From Neoechinorhynchus agilis (taxonomy: Eukaryota; Animalia; Acanthocephala), in the NCBI GenBank assembly GCA_051530055.1, contig CM121343.1, forward strand, positions 5,860,389 to 5,924,388: DNA of 64,000 nt. The letters are read 5' to 3'. The translations under genes were made by a program, and so were the position numbers. Under the pieces are notes generated by a model, which saw only the letters and a list, made by a program, of their open reading frames with translations, was not told the DNA's origin and did no database searches. Shown one piece after another: positions 1 through 17,478 of this stretch. Within the stretch, counting starts at the first letter, position 1. Each line of letters starts with the position of its first letter.

Positions 1-301
1 AAGAGGATATTCTTGATCAAGAACAGAACCTCGTGTGATCCAAGCCCAAAGGCCAAGTCCACGTACTCGCATGATTTAATTTCTAAAAAGCTGGCCATGT
101 TTCTTCCGTTATTGTCACTTCAGATGACGTCACACCACGCTGAATAGTGATTCGCGTTCTAAGGACTACATCAGAGAGACGGAATTTTTCACAAGAAAGT
201 TATTTCCTCGTCGAGTTGCGATCCGGATGAATCCCGGAAAGCAACGCATCTGATACTATTCTCGTGAATCATCCACTTATTAAATTGATTCGAGCGCGAT
301 C

Positions 302-1575
302 ATGGCATCGCGATTGGTTACGTCGCTATCGAACTGCATCTACCAAAACCTAGCCGTTGAGAGTTATCTATTCCAGAAATGCCAAAACTCGAAGCTGCCG
401 CTGACGTTCTTATACTTATATAGAAATCAACCTTGCGTCGTGATGGGTAGAAACCAAAACCCTTGGCTTGAATGTAACCTCAAATACGCATGAAAGCCAC
501 GCCGACGACCTTGCAGGTAGTATTTTACGTATGCACGTCAAGGAAATCGCTTCTTTTTTAAAAGAAATTCCAGCTTCTGACGTGATATGGAACTCGAAAA
601 AGAAATCTTCAAAGCAGAGCTCTAAAATACGAGTCGCTTAGTCTAGGATAAAGCCCCATTTCTCTTATGTCTAAGTGCTGTGAGCATCCTTTACTCGGCT
701 TTTTCCTTTAGAGTAGCGCATAAAATCACACTTAATAACATGATTCTCGGATACCTCCTCCAGGGGAAGCGATAGCCCTCAGAGAGTTTCCTCCTTCTTT
801 ATCGGCCATAATGTGTCGTCGCCGTGGTTCTGTGTACGCCGAGCAGCGTAGAATCAAGCTCAGTAGAAGAATGTCAGGCGGTGGATCAGTATACCACGAT
901 ATGGGCAACGCTAACATTAGTATAATATCGAACCTCATTGGCTACGAACGAGAGGATTACTCGACCGCAATAAAAGATGGTCTAAATGAACACTTAGGGA
1001 TATCGATTGTACTTACAAGGGATCATGATATGTGCTTGGAAACTGGTGGTAGCAGTAAAGGAGAACTGTCCAAGATTTCTGGATCAGCTGCTAGGAAACG
1101 AGGAAACACAATGCTCCATCATTGTACACTACTGCTCAATGTTGACCTAGTCACACTAAAGAACGTCCTCTGTCCTGAGGACAATTTGGGTATTAAATCC
1201 AGTGGTATTGAAAGTCGCCGTGCTCCACTTGTAGCGAATGTGTCGAGCCACGTCAATGGTGCTACTTGGCTCAATTTATTTGAAAAAGGAATTAAATCGA
1301 TATGGAAACATCTTCCCGGTCTAGGGTATACGACGTGTCCCGCATCGTCTTTTATATATCCAAGACATCATGCTGAATTGATCCGTGAAATTGATCGGCA
1401 CTCTTCGTGGGATCACGTGTACGGTTCTACTCCTAAGTTTAGCGTTACACTTAGTTCTGGTGAGGTTTTGAATGTGGAGAAAGGCATTGTAGTGACTGCA
1501 GGTTCTCCCTATCATGGCAAGCGCTACGGAGATTCGGTTATGATGCCCGGAAATAAAAAAGCTATAGTTTCTTAG
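302..1575 (+). CDS. LIPT1: Lipoyltransferase 1 / lipoate-protein ligase; two coding parts (302-489, 840-1575) split by a 350-nt insert
   Basis: Motifs NLAVESYLF, LYLYRNQPCVVMGRNQNPWLECN, RRMSGGGSVYHDMGN, KISGSAA and HHCTLL are typical of the LplA/LIPT1 family. Joining across the TACGC repeat gives ECNLKYAEQRRIKLSRRMSGGG. Confidence 0.92.
490..839 (+). other. 350-nt intervening sequence in LIPT1, flanked by TACGC direct repeats, with sub-terminal inverted repeats
   Basis: TACGC at 485-489 and 835-839. CCACGCCGACGAC (497-509) is complementary at 12/13 positions to GTCGTCGCCGTGG (815-827); each arm lies 7 nt inside its repeat. Confidence 0.85.
716..800 (+). mobile_element. Internally deleted fragment of the MITE family seen at 61.8-62.2 kb
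   Basis: gcgcataaaatcacacttaata and gattctcggatacctcctccaggg...gagtttcctcct match 61865-61886 and about 61951-62005. Confidence 0.8.
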
Positions 1576-1601
1576 TGGCTGTGTGAGTTGGAAGTTCAAA
1601 A

Positions 1602-6893
<5,292 letters not shown>

Positions 6894-7913
6894 CTCGAAA
6901 AAAATATCAAACACTCGTTCAAACCACTCACTGCATAACGCCAAATAAGCACGCATAAAAATAGCTTTGATCCGGAAGAATCATAAGCATGGGAGATGGC
7001 ATAAAATTATCCTTTCGAGCACGTAATTGACGACAGCGATGTGCCACGTGCGGAAATCCAGGCGAAATTCGTGATTTCTTACACTCGCTATGATGTAAAC
7101 ATGGTTCGTAGCCATCATTATTCGATGGCAAATCGAAGATGGACCTTTGTCTGCATGGCGTTCAACTTGAGAAGTCCATGGTTAGACTTTTTGATTTCTT
7201 CAGATATTTTCGCTGTACAGTCAAATACGGCTCAAAGAAATGAACGTAGCTTAGAATCTAATACGGTCCATCGGAGCGGTTGGTTATTAGCGACCACGTT
7301 CCGCTGTCCTTCGATTGGCCGGTGGAACGCATAACGTTCGAATTTACACTTTTTTCATCTTGTGAAATACTAATTAATTTTCCAGTCGCATGATTAAGTT
7401 TTGTTTTCTAATCGACACTTAAGAAAATCTTTATTTGCGAGCTCTCGCCGTCTTACAGCTTAAGCTCAGCAAGAACTATTTCGCTAGTTTGAGGGCGTTT
7501 TAAAATCAAAAAACCTAAATGATACCTTGAAGAAAACGCAAAATTAATTTCACTTTTATCGCCGAAAACTGTTCATCCGAGTGCTTCTTTGATTTTCAGG
7601 GAAATTCAATTTATAAACAGTTCAATGCGAATGATGAAATAAATAATAGGATCATTTGGCACTTTTGAGTATAGATTTTGATTAGGTGACATCCAAATAT
7701 AAGATTACGATTGTGTCCATATTTTTCGATTTATTATAAATTAATAATAACGCCTTTGATTTGTTAATTAGCAAGGAAGACTTTCTTTTTCTTAGTTTCG
7801 CCACCCCCGGATTTATTTTTTTCGGAGATTCCGACATTTCACTATGGTTCGTCATCTAAAACACAAGCATTAAAGCGTTGTCCTACGGACAGTGGTTATT
7901 ATCGGGCGCAATA

Positions 7914-9611
7914 GACTGCCTACGTGAAGACCGAAAATTATCAATAAATAAATCAATTATTTTATAATTCGCTAGTTACATTTGAGCTAGAGCACCAATG
8001 CCTTTTCAATGGCAATTTCAAAGCAAAAAAGATAATAAAGCATCCTCAATTCTTGGGTTATAATTGCATCAAAAAGGGTAATGCTTTTTTCTATATTATT
8101 CCAATTTTGTACGAAATGGACATAGAAAATGTTTCAGTTTCAATTAGCGATGTTTGATTCAGAAATAGATTTATCTTGAAAATGTTAGGCCTTTCGTTGG
8201 CTTTCTTCAGTCGATTGCTTATAAGTTTCGAATATTTAAAAACCTACAAGCAATTGACTGAAGACTGCCTACGTGAAGACCGAAAATTATCAATAAATAA
8301 TCAATTATTTTATAATTCGCTATAAAGAAGCAAATGATGAATACCTTTACAGTTACATTTGAGCTAGAGCACCAATGCTTTTTCAATGGCAATTTCAAAG
8401 CAAAAAAGATAATAAAGCATCCTCAATTCTTGGGTTATAATTGCATCAAAAAGGGTAATGCTTTTTTCTCTATTACGCCAATTTTGTACGAAATGAACAT
8501 AGAAAATGTTTCAGTTTCAATTAGCGATGTTTGATTCAGAAATAGATTTATCTTGAAAATGTTAGGCCTTTCGTTGGCTTTCTTCAGTCGATTGCTTATA
8601 AGTTTCGAATATTTAAAAACCTACAAGCAATTGACTGAAGACTGCTTACGCGAAGGCCGAAAATTATCAATAAATCAATTATTTTATAATTCGCTATAAA
8701 GAAGCAAATGATGAATACCTTTACAGTTACATTTGAGCTAGAGCACCAATGCTTTTTCAATGGCAATTTCAAAGCAAAAAAGATAATAAAGCATCCTCAA
8801 TTCTTGGGTTATAATTGCATCAAAAAGGGTAATGCTTTTTTTCTCTATTACGCCAATTTTGTACGAAATGAACATAGAAAATGTTTCAGTTTCAATTAGC
8901 GATGTTTGATTCAGAAATAGATTTATCTTGAAAATGTTAGGCCTTTCGTTGGCTTTCTTCAGTCGATTGCTTATAAGTTTCGAATATTTAAAAACCTACA
9001 AGCAATTGACTGAAGACTGCTTACGCGAAGGCCGAAAATTATCAATAAATCAATTATTTTATAATTCGCTATAAAGAAGCAAATGATGAATACCTTTACA
9101 GTTACATTTGAGCTAGAGCACCAATGCCTTTTCAATGGCAATTTCAAAGCAAAAAAGATAATAAAGCATCCTCAATTCTTGGGTTATAATTGCATCAAAA
9201 AGGGTAATGCTTTTTTTTTTTTTTGTGTGGAATGTTTCAGTTTCAATTAGCGATGTTTGATTCAGAAATAGATTTATCTTGAAAATGTTAGGCCTTTGTT
9301 GGCTTTCTTCAGTCGATTGCTTATAAGTTTCGAATATTTAAAAACCTACAAGCAATTGACTGAAGACTGCTTACGCGAAGGCCGAAAATTATCAATAAAT
9401 CAATTATTTTATAATTCGCTATAAAGAAGCAAATGATGAATACCTTTACAGTTACATTTGAGCTAGAGCACCAATGCCTTTTCAATGGCAATTTCAAAGC
9501 AAAAAAGATAATAAAGCATCCTCAATTCTTGGGTTATAATTGCATCAAAAAGGGTAATGCTTTTTTTCTCTATTACGCCAATTTTGTACGAAATGAACAT
9601 AGAAAATGTTC
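7914..9611. repeat. Tandem array of about 4.6 copies of a ~350-378 bp unit
   Basis: gactgc...gaccgaaaattatcaataaat recurs at 7914, 8263, 8640, 9015 and 9365. The near-identical MMNTFTVTFELEHQ ORFs are copies of the unit. Confidence 0.95.
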
Positions 9612-10747
9612 AGGTCGAGTTGATTGCGATTAATCACCCTTTTTTGTAGAAACATTTTAAATTTTTCATTAAAACGTTTCTATCGTGCCTTCTTTTTTAA
9701 GAAATATTTGCATCAGTATGGAAATGATTTTATTGGCCTCTATAGCCTTTAAAAGAGTAAAAAGCTTTCTTTTCATACTTCCGAACTACTGTATTTTGCC
9801 ATTTTTACCTACTTCATAAGTCAAAATCCATGGTTTACTGTGTTTAATATGAACTCACGTATTAAACAGCATTGTAAAATTATTGAAATTCTATTTTAAC
9901 GCCACGTTAATAAAACTTCCCGGTATTCGTCCGAAACGGTACGCAAATTACACGGGGAAGTAGTCTTTTTGTGTGGACATTGGGATGTGATCCCTTGGAG
10001 ATTTAACATATGAATAAAATTTAGGAATCATTCCTGTCACATTTAAAAAATAAAGCAATTGTAATTCGTAGCTAAAATTAGTCTGAAAGTCTTGAATGAA
10101 AAATTCCGATTAGGCTTCCCCATATTACCAAAGTTGTGAATATGTAAGGAAGTATAGGTCATCGAGATTAAATTTGTTGTTTTGATCTTTACCCAGTAGA
10201 GAACATCAAGGACGTCTAGAACCTCGCCAGGCCAAAACTTACTTTCAAACTGATCATGAATCCGGCGAGGTTTAAAACTTTTTTGATAAAACATTCTCTA
10301 CTACCTGGTGAAGACTAAAGTAACAAATTTATTCATGTGGAATGTGTAAGCGCATATTTCGGCGTTACAATTGACAGAAATCATTTAGTAAGACCTTAGG
10401 AAACCTGAAATGTATTGAAAGCTTAGAAATTTAGATGCCCTTTTTGAATTTTTTTTAGCTCTCGCCGTCTTATAATTAAAGTAGCGAAATTGAAATGTTG
10501 AAAGTTCGTCTCACCTATTGAGCATTTCTCGAATATCAAGCTTACATTTGATTCTAGAAAGGAACGGATTAAAATGGTGTTTTCGGCACAAAGTCGATGG
10601 TAATTCGAGATACGCGGGATCACCAAGGAGATGGAACTCCACTTTGCATCTCGGACTTCTACTAAGAAAAGGCAAGTCTAAAAGGTCCAATAATTGCATT
10701 GGAGCACGAGTTTAAAAATACTGGGATCCCGAATCGCATTCGTACGA

Positions 10748-10999
10748 CTACTTTTTTGTTTTTTCGACAACCGTCAGTAGTTTTCGCATGACATTTTCCT
10801 CCTTTAATAATTTATCTCTATAGTTACATAACTCCGCTCTCAATAATTTGACTTTAGTAATTTCGGCTTGTAGTCTTGCGAATTCAACTCGGTTGTCGGC
10901 CAATTCTCTTCTACGATTATTAGCTTCTTCGTCCTTCATCTGCAATTTTACGGGTTGATCAGTACAAGAAGAAAGAATTTGGTGTAAAATGTGTTTCAT
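10748..10999 (-). CDS. Hypothetical small coiled-coil protein
   Basis: ATG-initiated 83-aa ORF with heptad-like composition (ELADNRVEFARLQAEITKVKLL); no family recognised. Confidence 0.3.
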   Translation of the reverse strand: MKHILHQILSSCTDQPVKLQMKDEEANNRRRELADNRVEFARLQAEITKVKLLRAELCNYRDKLLKEENVMRKLLTVVEKTKK

Positions 11000-11088
11000 T
11001 TCGTTTCAAAAAAAGTGGTTCACATTCACGTGGGTAAGGATTTGAAGGTTCAATTAGGTTTGTATTTCACGGAAACGCTATTGAACAA

Positions 11089-11491
11089 GTGGGATATCGC
11101 TTTAGAGCAAATCTGTTTTGTTTGGCGATGGAAGGAGAAGACACACTTGAGTCACTCAACCGAGCGGTTGTTTTGTACTCCGACGAATGTAATGCGAAGA
11201 GTAACAAGAAAAGGGATCTACGGAGAAATAGGCATTTAAGGATTAAACGAGTTCCGACTGGTCATATTCATTCCGACTGGCAGGTAAGTAGCACAAAACT
11301 AGAAGGAATTTGAGTTTCTTATTAAGTCCCTTCAAGACATCACGACAATGGTGAACACTGAGAGAAACACTCGTGCACTCAGTTTCATCGGAATCTGTCG
11401 TGATGACACCTCAAGAATCAGTCAAGAAACGTCATGCGAACTTGAGAATGCCGATCAAAAAGACGACGAAGACGTCGAAAAAGTTGTCTAG
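11089..11491 (+). CDS. Hypothetical protein, 3' exons (5' end unresolved)
   Basis: The ORF is joined in frame through CAG|gtaagt...ttaag|TCC to a second open exon ending EDVEKVV*; no family recognised. Confidence 0.3.
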
Positions 11492-11584
11492 TAAACCCGT
11501 AAATAAACGTTAACCACGCAATATTGTTCATTTTATGTTGTTTTTTGTTTAAAAATGAAATTGCATTCTAGCCAACGGTTCCAG

Positions 11585-12865
11585 ATGAGTCAAACCAATT
11601 CTCCGGATTCATTATTTGTCGAATTATCGTCCAGACTCCTGTTGAATGGACTACCCGATGATTTTTTACGGCTTACTACCGTTGCGCAAAGACAATCAAG
11701 TAGTCAAATTGAATTCAATGAAGATTCACCGCCATTAGTACTTGAGGCTTCACGTACATATGTCGGTCAACTAAGAATATCATTTGTTCAGGTACCTCTT
11801 CCTTAATTGCTGCTAAAACGAATTCGTGATTTAAAATTTTTTCTCGTTTCAAAAATTATTTTGCCAATGGCGAATTGTTACACACTCGAGCTCTGTTATT
11901 GAAATCTTCATTGCGAATTTTCAAGGACTCAGCATCCTTCTCAAGCACTGCTTGTAAGTTTATAAATACTCGAGCTTTATTGAAATCTTCATTGCAAATT
12001 TTCAAGGCCTCGCTTGGGAAGGAAGCTGAGGCCTTGAAAATTCCCAATGAACAGTTCAATAATAAAGCTCGAGTGTATAACAATTCGCCATTGAGAATAC
12101 ACATTCACTCGAAGGAACAATTGGATGAAAGGAAAACTTATCTTGTTGGAATTTCTCCTTTCAAATTAACCCTAATTTATATGAGTAGGCACGGCTAAAT
12201 AAAAACTACGGGTTAATGCGTATGAATCCGTATGTTCGGTGTCGCATCGGTCAAAATGTATTCGAGACGCCGAGTGCAACAGGAGGCGGACGAAATCCGC
12301 ATTGGGACAAGTCCGTCAATTGGTGAGTTGACCATCTCGTGGATCGCAATGACTTAGTGTTGACTTTAAGTTTTTTGCAAAGAGGAGTATCTCAAATTTT
12401 CATCGATGTGCTCGACGAAGGAATGTTCACTGATTCACAAATCGCGAATGTTTCTATCAATATCCCCGATGCCGTTCTTCTCGGTGAAACGGTAGATAAT
12501 TGGTACCGACTAAGTGGCAGGATGGGTGAAAATAATGAAGGCGAAATCAACGTCATCATTTCAATGATACCGCTGACATCAGCAAGTGGTCGAGTTGCTT
12601 CTTTCCAGTGGATTTCGAAAGTGGAGAGAAGCTACCGGATAGGGCGCAAGAAACTCTTGAGGTGTCGGACGAAGACATTGAAGAACTTAGAGCACTATGT
12701 CCTCCTCAAATTTCTTTGGAATTAGTTAAATCTGTGCTCGTTGGATTTGGTGGAAATAAGGACAAAGCTGCAAGCGCACTCGTTGAAATGCTTGAATCAT
12801 TAAACAATCGAGTCAAAGAACCATCGGATGAAAATCAAACAAAGGAGAAATCAAACCAATCTTAA
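11585..12865 (+). CDS. TOLLIP: Toll-interacting protein (C2 + CUE); introns at 11792-12188, 12323-12370 and ~12586-12608
   Basis: LPDDFLRLT, VGQLRISFVQ|ARLNKNYGLMRMNPYVRCRIG, WYRLSGRMGENNEGEIN and the CUE motif GNKDKAASALVEM follow Tollip in order; GT-AG joins keep the frame. Confidence 0.93.
11865..12093. mobile_element. Palindromic MITE-like element in TOLLIP intron 1
   Basis: Inverted repeats caatggcgaattgttacacactcgagct / agctcgagtgtataacaattcgccattg, plus an internal direct duplication of the left arm. Confidence 0.85.
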
Positions 12866-13572
12866 TTTTTAATCCCGACTCGTGTCTTTGGCAAAGTTAA
12901 TCACGATGAATCGAATGATATAAATTCATGTTTTCACGAAATATCTTTTGTGTGCCTAAAATATTAACTATTTATAAAACGCAATCAATGGCACGTTTAA
13001 ATCAATGAATAAATCCTTGGGATAGCGACATTAAATAAAGATTGTGGCAAATAAGCTCGCTACGTTTACTCATTGCCTCTCGTTCAGACGGATTAAAAAT
13101 TCACCTAAAGAATCTTGATCAAATCGATAGAAATGCAAGAAAATGGATTGTTTCAAAATAGATTTTGAGAGTAGTTTTCCACCTTTTGTTTTGGTATGCG
13201 AAAACTAAAATACAACTAAGATAAAAATTGTCATAATTCGATGGATTAAGCAAATATTACAAAAAAACACGCTAAAACGGACAGAGTTTTCGTCATTGGT
13301 CAGAAAAAATTGCGTTGAAAGCTGCTATGCACCATTTTTAATGAAGAACTTATTACTACGGACGACCCCAAGGTTGCAAATCACTTCTTTGAATGATAAT
13401 GAGCCAATGTGTTTTCCGAAGATGAATGAAAAACGCAGCCAGAGAGTGTGTTTAAACGCTGGTAAATTAATCCGATTTAAAAATTATTACCCATAATACC
13501 ATTGAATATTGTCATCTTTCTCCCTCTGCATTTGAAGTATATTTACATAACCATATGAGTGAGAATACGTTT

Positions 13573-15775
13573 TTAAGCGCCTTGACCGTTTAGTTTCTCC
13601 AGATTTTCCTTATGAAGTTTGGACTTGTCGATATGCTTCTCAAGTATTGTTTTGGAATCAAACTGGCGCTTGCATAGCATACACACTAGACGGTTCCAAT
13701 CGATGATGGTTGGAGACTGGAGCGAAGAATTGTGCTGCGGATCTGGATCATCATCACCTTTGTTGGTATTTACGGGACAAGATGCAGCAGCGGACACTAG
13801 TGGAAGAGTTAGATCCTGATTACGTTTGGGTCGAGAAGGTAGCACAGCGTAGGATGCAGCGTGTGCAGCAGCCGCTTTTGCCATGACGGAAGCAGGGTTG
13901 GTTGATGATTTGGATAAGGCGGCTGTTGGTAACGTATTATCCGGTCCGTCCTTTTGGCACGATTCCTTAGCGAATAAAGGTTTTTTAGCAAGGGTTGCTT
14001 TTCTGCGATTCATGTTTTCTGCCCATCGAGCCATATCGATTGATATCTTTTTGCTGATTTCCGCATTCCGTTCCTTCACATCGAGGATTTCCGTTGGTGC
14101 CGTTGCGGATAACTTAGGTTCAATTAGACTTGTTTCTGCTGTAGACGAAGATTCGTGCGGTTGAACATCAGACTTTACCGAAGTCTCAACGGGGATTGGC
14201 ATTTGTGAAGCATAAACGTATTGATTCGCCTGAGGGTTCCAATACATATACTGTTGCAGTTGAGGATTATAGAAGATTTGCGTTTTTGGATCGAAATACA
14301 TTCCGGTGGAAGGGCTATAATAATATCCTGAGGTGACGTCGAACTGATAACCAGCGGCCTGAGTTGCGCATTGATCAGCTAGATTGTTGGTAAAGGCGCA
14401 CGTCGCGATGGATGCAATTTCATTATCCTTTCGTCGAGTCTGATGGAGATTCTGGAGTGCCTGATGTGCCACTGAAGCAGCAACGTTGGCTCGATCCGCC
14501 TGAGCTTCAGGCAATTGAGAGCACGTATTCGTGGTCAACATTGCAGTGGATCTAGATGGATGGTTATGGGGAAAATGCTCGGATTTCCCATTTGGATCAC
14601 TGAGTTCATAAACAGCGCTCATGAACGAGCATTTGCAATAGTTGACCACAATGGATTGTGGGCCCATGTATATCGGAGTGCGCATAGTGCAATAAGCCTG
14701 ATATACGGACATGCAACTGGACACTGAATTGAAATCAAGTAGAGCAAAGCATCGAGATAATCCAGTCGTTGCATCACGAACCAAGTACGAGTTACGTATA
14801 GGAATATTAGTAAACTCGCTAAATGCTTCTATTATGCTACTAGTGTCTGATATGGCACTGTCGACTTTGACGAGATATTTCAAAATAGAAATTTCGTTCA
14901 GCTTTCGTCCCCCCACCACCACGTCGATAGTGCGCCTGTACGTCCACCGTAAGTCCCATAACAACCAATGTATCCGATGGTATGTTGCTGGTCATTTCAA
15001 AACCATCTAAGTTACGAATATTATCTGATTCTGACCTGAGCATTCCACACTTAAAGCACGTATCCCTTCGTTTAAAGTTCCGGATGCTACATTTGACGCA
15101 ATCCCATTCTCTGGAAATGCCACTTTCCGGACGTTCGCCAACTTTCCGTTCATCGCCCGATCCGCTCATTGCATTTGAATGAACAGATGACCATCTAGAT
15201 GCACTGAACATCAACGTGATCGGATATTCGTTCATCAAAAGGATATATCCCTTCGTATCGGCCATAAACCGTTGAGCTTCTTCGACGCTCGAAAATTCCA
15301 AAAAGCCAAACCCACGGCTAGCACCGGTGTCTCTCCTTCGAACAAGTCTCAGTTCAGTGATTGAGTAACCGAATGTCATTAGTTCCCCTCGAATTTCCTG
15401 CTCGCTCATATTTAATGGAAGTCCACGCAGCATCAGAGTAGAAGTCGATGAACAATTATCACGAAAATCGGTTGCTCCTCTTGGACTACAAGATGGACTC
15501 CTTCGACTTCTCCGTCTTTCAACACTCGATGACCGAGACCGCGATTTTCGACGATGGCGAGTAGGAAATCTAGAGGACCTTGAGTCGTCTTCGGACGGAT
15601 CCCGGGGGGAGACACGACTTCGAACGTGACGACTGAAACCCGTGCCCGATTTACGACTCCTTGAAGAATGGTATCGGTCGTGATCATGATGAACCGCGTC
15701 CACATCTTGGTTACCATCAAAATGCCTTCTTTTTGAACGTCGTTCCTCCAAAGCGCGATGGTCGGAGTAACTCAT
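13573..15775 (-). CDS. RBM5: RBM5/RBM10-family splicing factor (RS region, RRM1, RanBP2 zinc finger, RRM2, OCRE, C2H2)
   Basis: RGFGFLEF; WDCVKCSIRNFKRRDTCFKC; RRM2 with LSRCFALLDF; OCRE YYYSPSTGMYFDPKTQIFYN; IDWNRLVCMLCKRQF...HIDKSKLH. There is one frame break at ~14850-14940. Confidence 0.9.
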
Positions 15776-17478
15776 TTTTGGCGCCGTCTAAATGGCGATT
15801 GAAATCGAGCTTAGTCGAACGCATAGAAGATTATTAGAGCCTATCAAACCGCATACTCTGCTGCGCCGCCTTTTATTTCCACGCGTTCCACAATCCGAAT
15901 CGTTTTATACGAAGGAAGCAATCGGAAAAATCTAAAATCGAAGATATCGACGAAGTAGATCAACAAGAGATTGCAACAACATGAACGCGGAACCAGAGCA
16001 CAGTAATCTTAATGTTCTTCCAGCTTTGTGACGTCTTCAATCTGACACCCTCAATCCATCGGTGGAACACACGGAAGCGAACTTGCTGCACTCCGTCATT
16101 AAAAGAGCAAAATATGTCAGATGCGTTAAGCGCGTGGCGAAAAAACAATCCATGTAGATGTTTATGTACGGAAGAATTAACTCGCGATGACGTAAAATAT
16201 CCTATAGTATCAATGCTTAATTCGATTTTAAGGAAATCGGGGTAAATTAGGATTCATGTCCAGGTAAATTCCATCCAATTCGATAAATGATTAAAAACTT
16301 ATACTTGTATTTAGATCGTTGGTGACTGATGCATCATTACTACGGAAATGTTTTACAACCTCTTAACGGTTCTTAAATGGGTTCAACTTTGCTTATTACT
16401 GATCAAAATTTGAAAGATCGTTTGTTGCAAAATCCGAATCACAAAAAGTGTTGCTTGTAAAAATCTGTGTGTAAAAAAACAATAATATGGGCCCGATTTG
16501 TTAGTCGTTATTGAAGGGAAAATACATAGTTCGCCGCTATTCCACACTTGCCTAAAGCGATTAGAGGATACGCAAGATTGTGTACGATTGCTGCAGCACC
16601 CACCAGATCAATATTGAACGCGAAAATTTGAAATGAAAATTCTTTCGTAGCCAAGATCGTTTACGTCATACTCAGAATAGCCTTCTGATCTTTGCATTTT
16701 CTGTGCGACGAATGTTCCGAAAAGTCCAATTTTATTCGTCGTTTTTAAAGACACTTTAAATGAACATTTCAAAAAGTTCAATATGTTCGCATTTACAAGA
16801 AGCTGAAGTGACTTTTCATGTTAGTGACTGCATTTTGTAGGCAAATTAAACGTCTGTTACGACCTTTCATTGAATCAAGCACGATTGTGTCTAGTACTCC
16901 TGTTCTCGCAATAATAAATATTCGCGCATTTAAATTGATGCCGATTTCTTCAATTGGATTGGTGTTCCGGAAGAAAGAAGGGTAATCTCCAATTTATAGT
17001 TTTAATCAAATGTCAATTAGTCTTCATAATACCGATTCAGTTTTGTGCATCGCCGTTTTGTAAATTGCGCCTCTGTGATGGTGTTCTAAATGAAAATATT
17101 TAAGTGTATCAACTTCACTCGTTGTTATTTTGCATTCGGTGTTATTTCCGCGGTTTTTCCTCTGCGCGTGGATCGGATTTTATAATATCCAACGAGATCT
17201 TCAAAGTCTAGCAAAAATCCTTTTCGTTCACTATCCCGGAAATATTGGCTTTTGTCTCTTAGGTTCGGTAACATCCAAGAATTTACTGGCAATTTACCAT
17301 TTCTCACGTTTATCACAAATGCAAACTACTCAGGATTTCGCTTAGAAATACATTTTTTACTCTCGATTGTACAGTTTTATAGCATTATAATCTAATTGTT
17401 GCAAATCGTGAGAACAAAGCCATCAAGTCTTTTAACCTTATGATTAGAAAGTCTTGACATCGTACCCAGGAATCTGGA

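Noticed and set aside
1-98. Minus-strand ATG-initiated frame running off the window
   Set aside because: Only 32 codons are visible and no family is recognisable.
491-493. TGA readthrough or stop-codon reassignment in LIPT1 and NCK
   Set aside because: The downstream homologous sequence is in a different frame and the residues after TGA are non-homologous; TGA ends other genes normally.
8334-9633. Repeated MMNTFTVTFELEHQ ORFs
   Set aside because: They are copies of the tandem unit with differing frameshifted ends and no family motif.
16400-17350. Possible decayed Gypsy integrase on the minus strand (HHRG, PIEEIGINL); a similar weak hint at 10043-10300
   Set aside because: The motifs are too short and interrupted to call without an HMM search.
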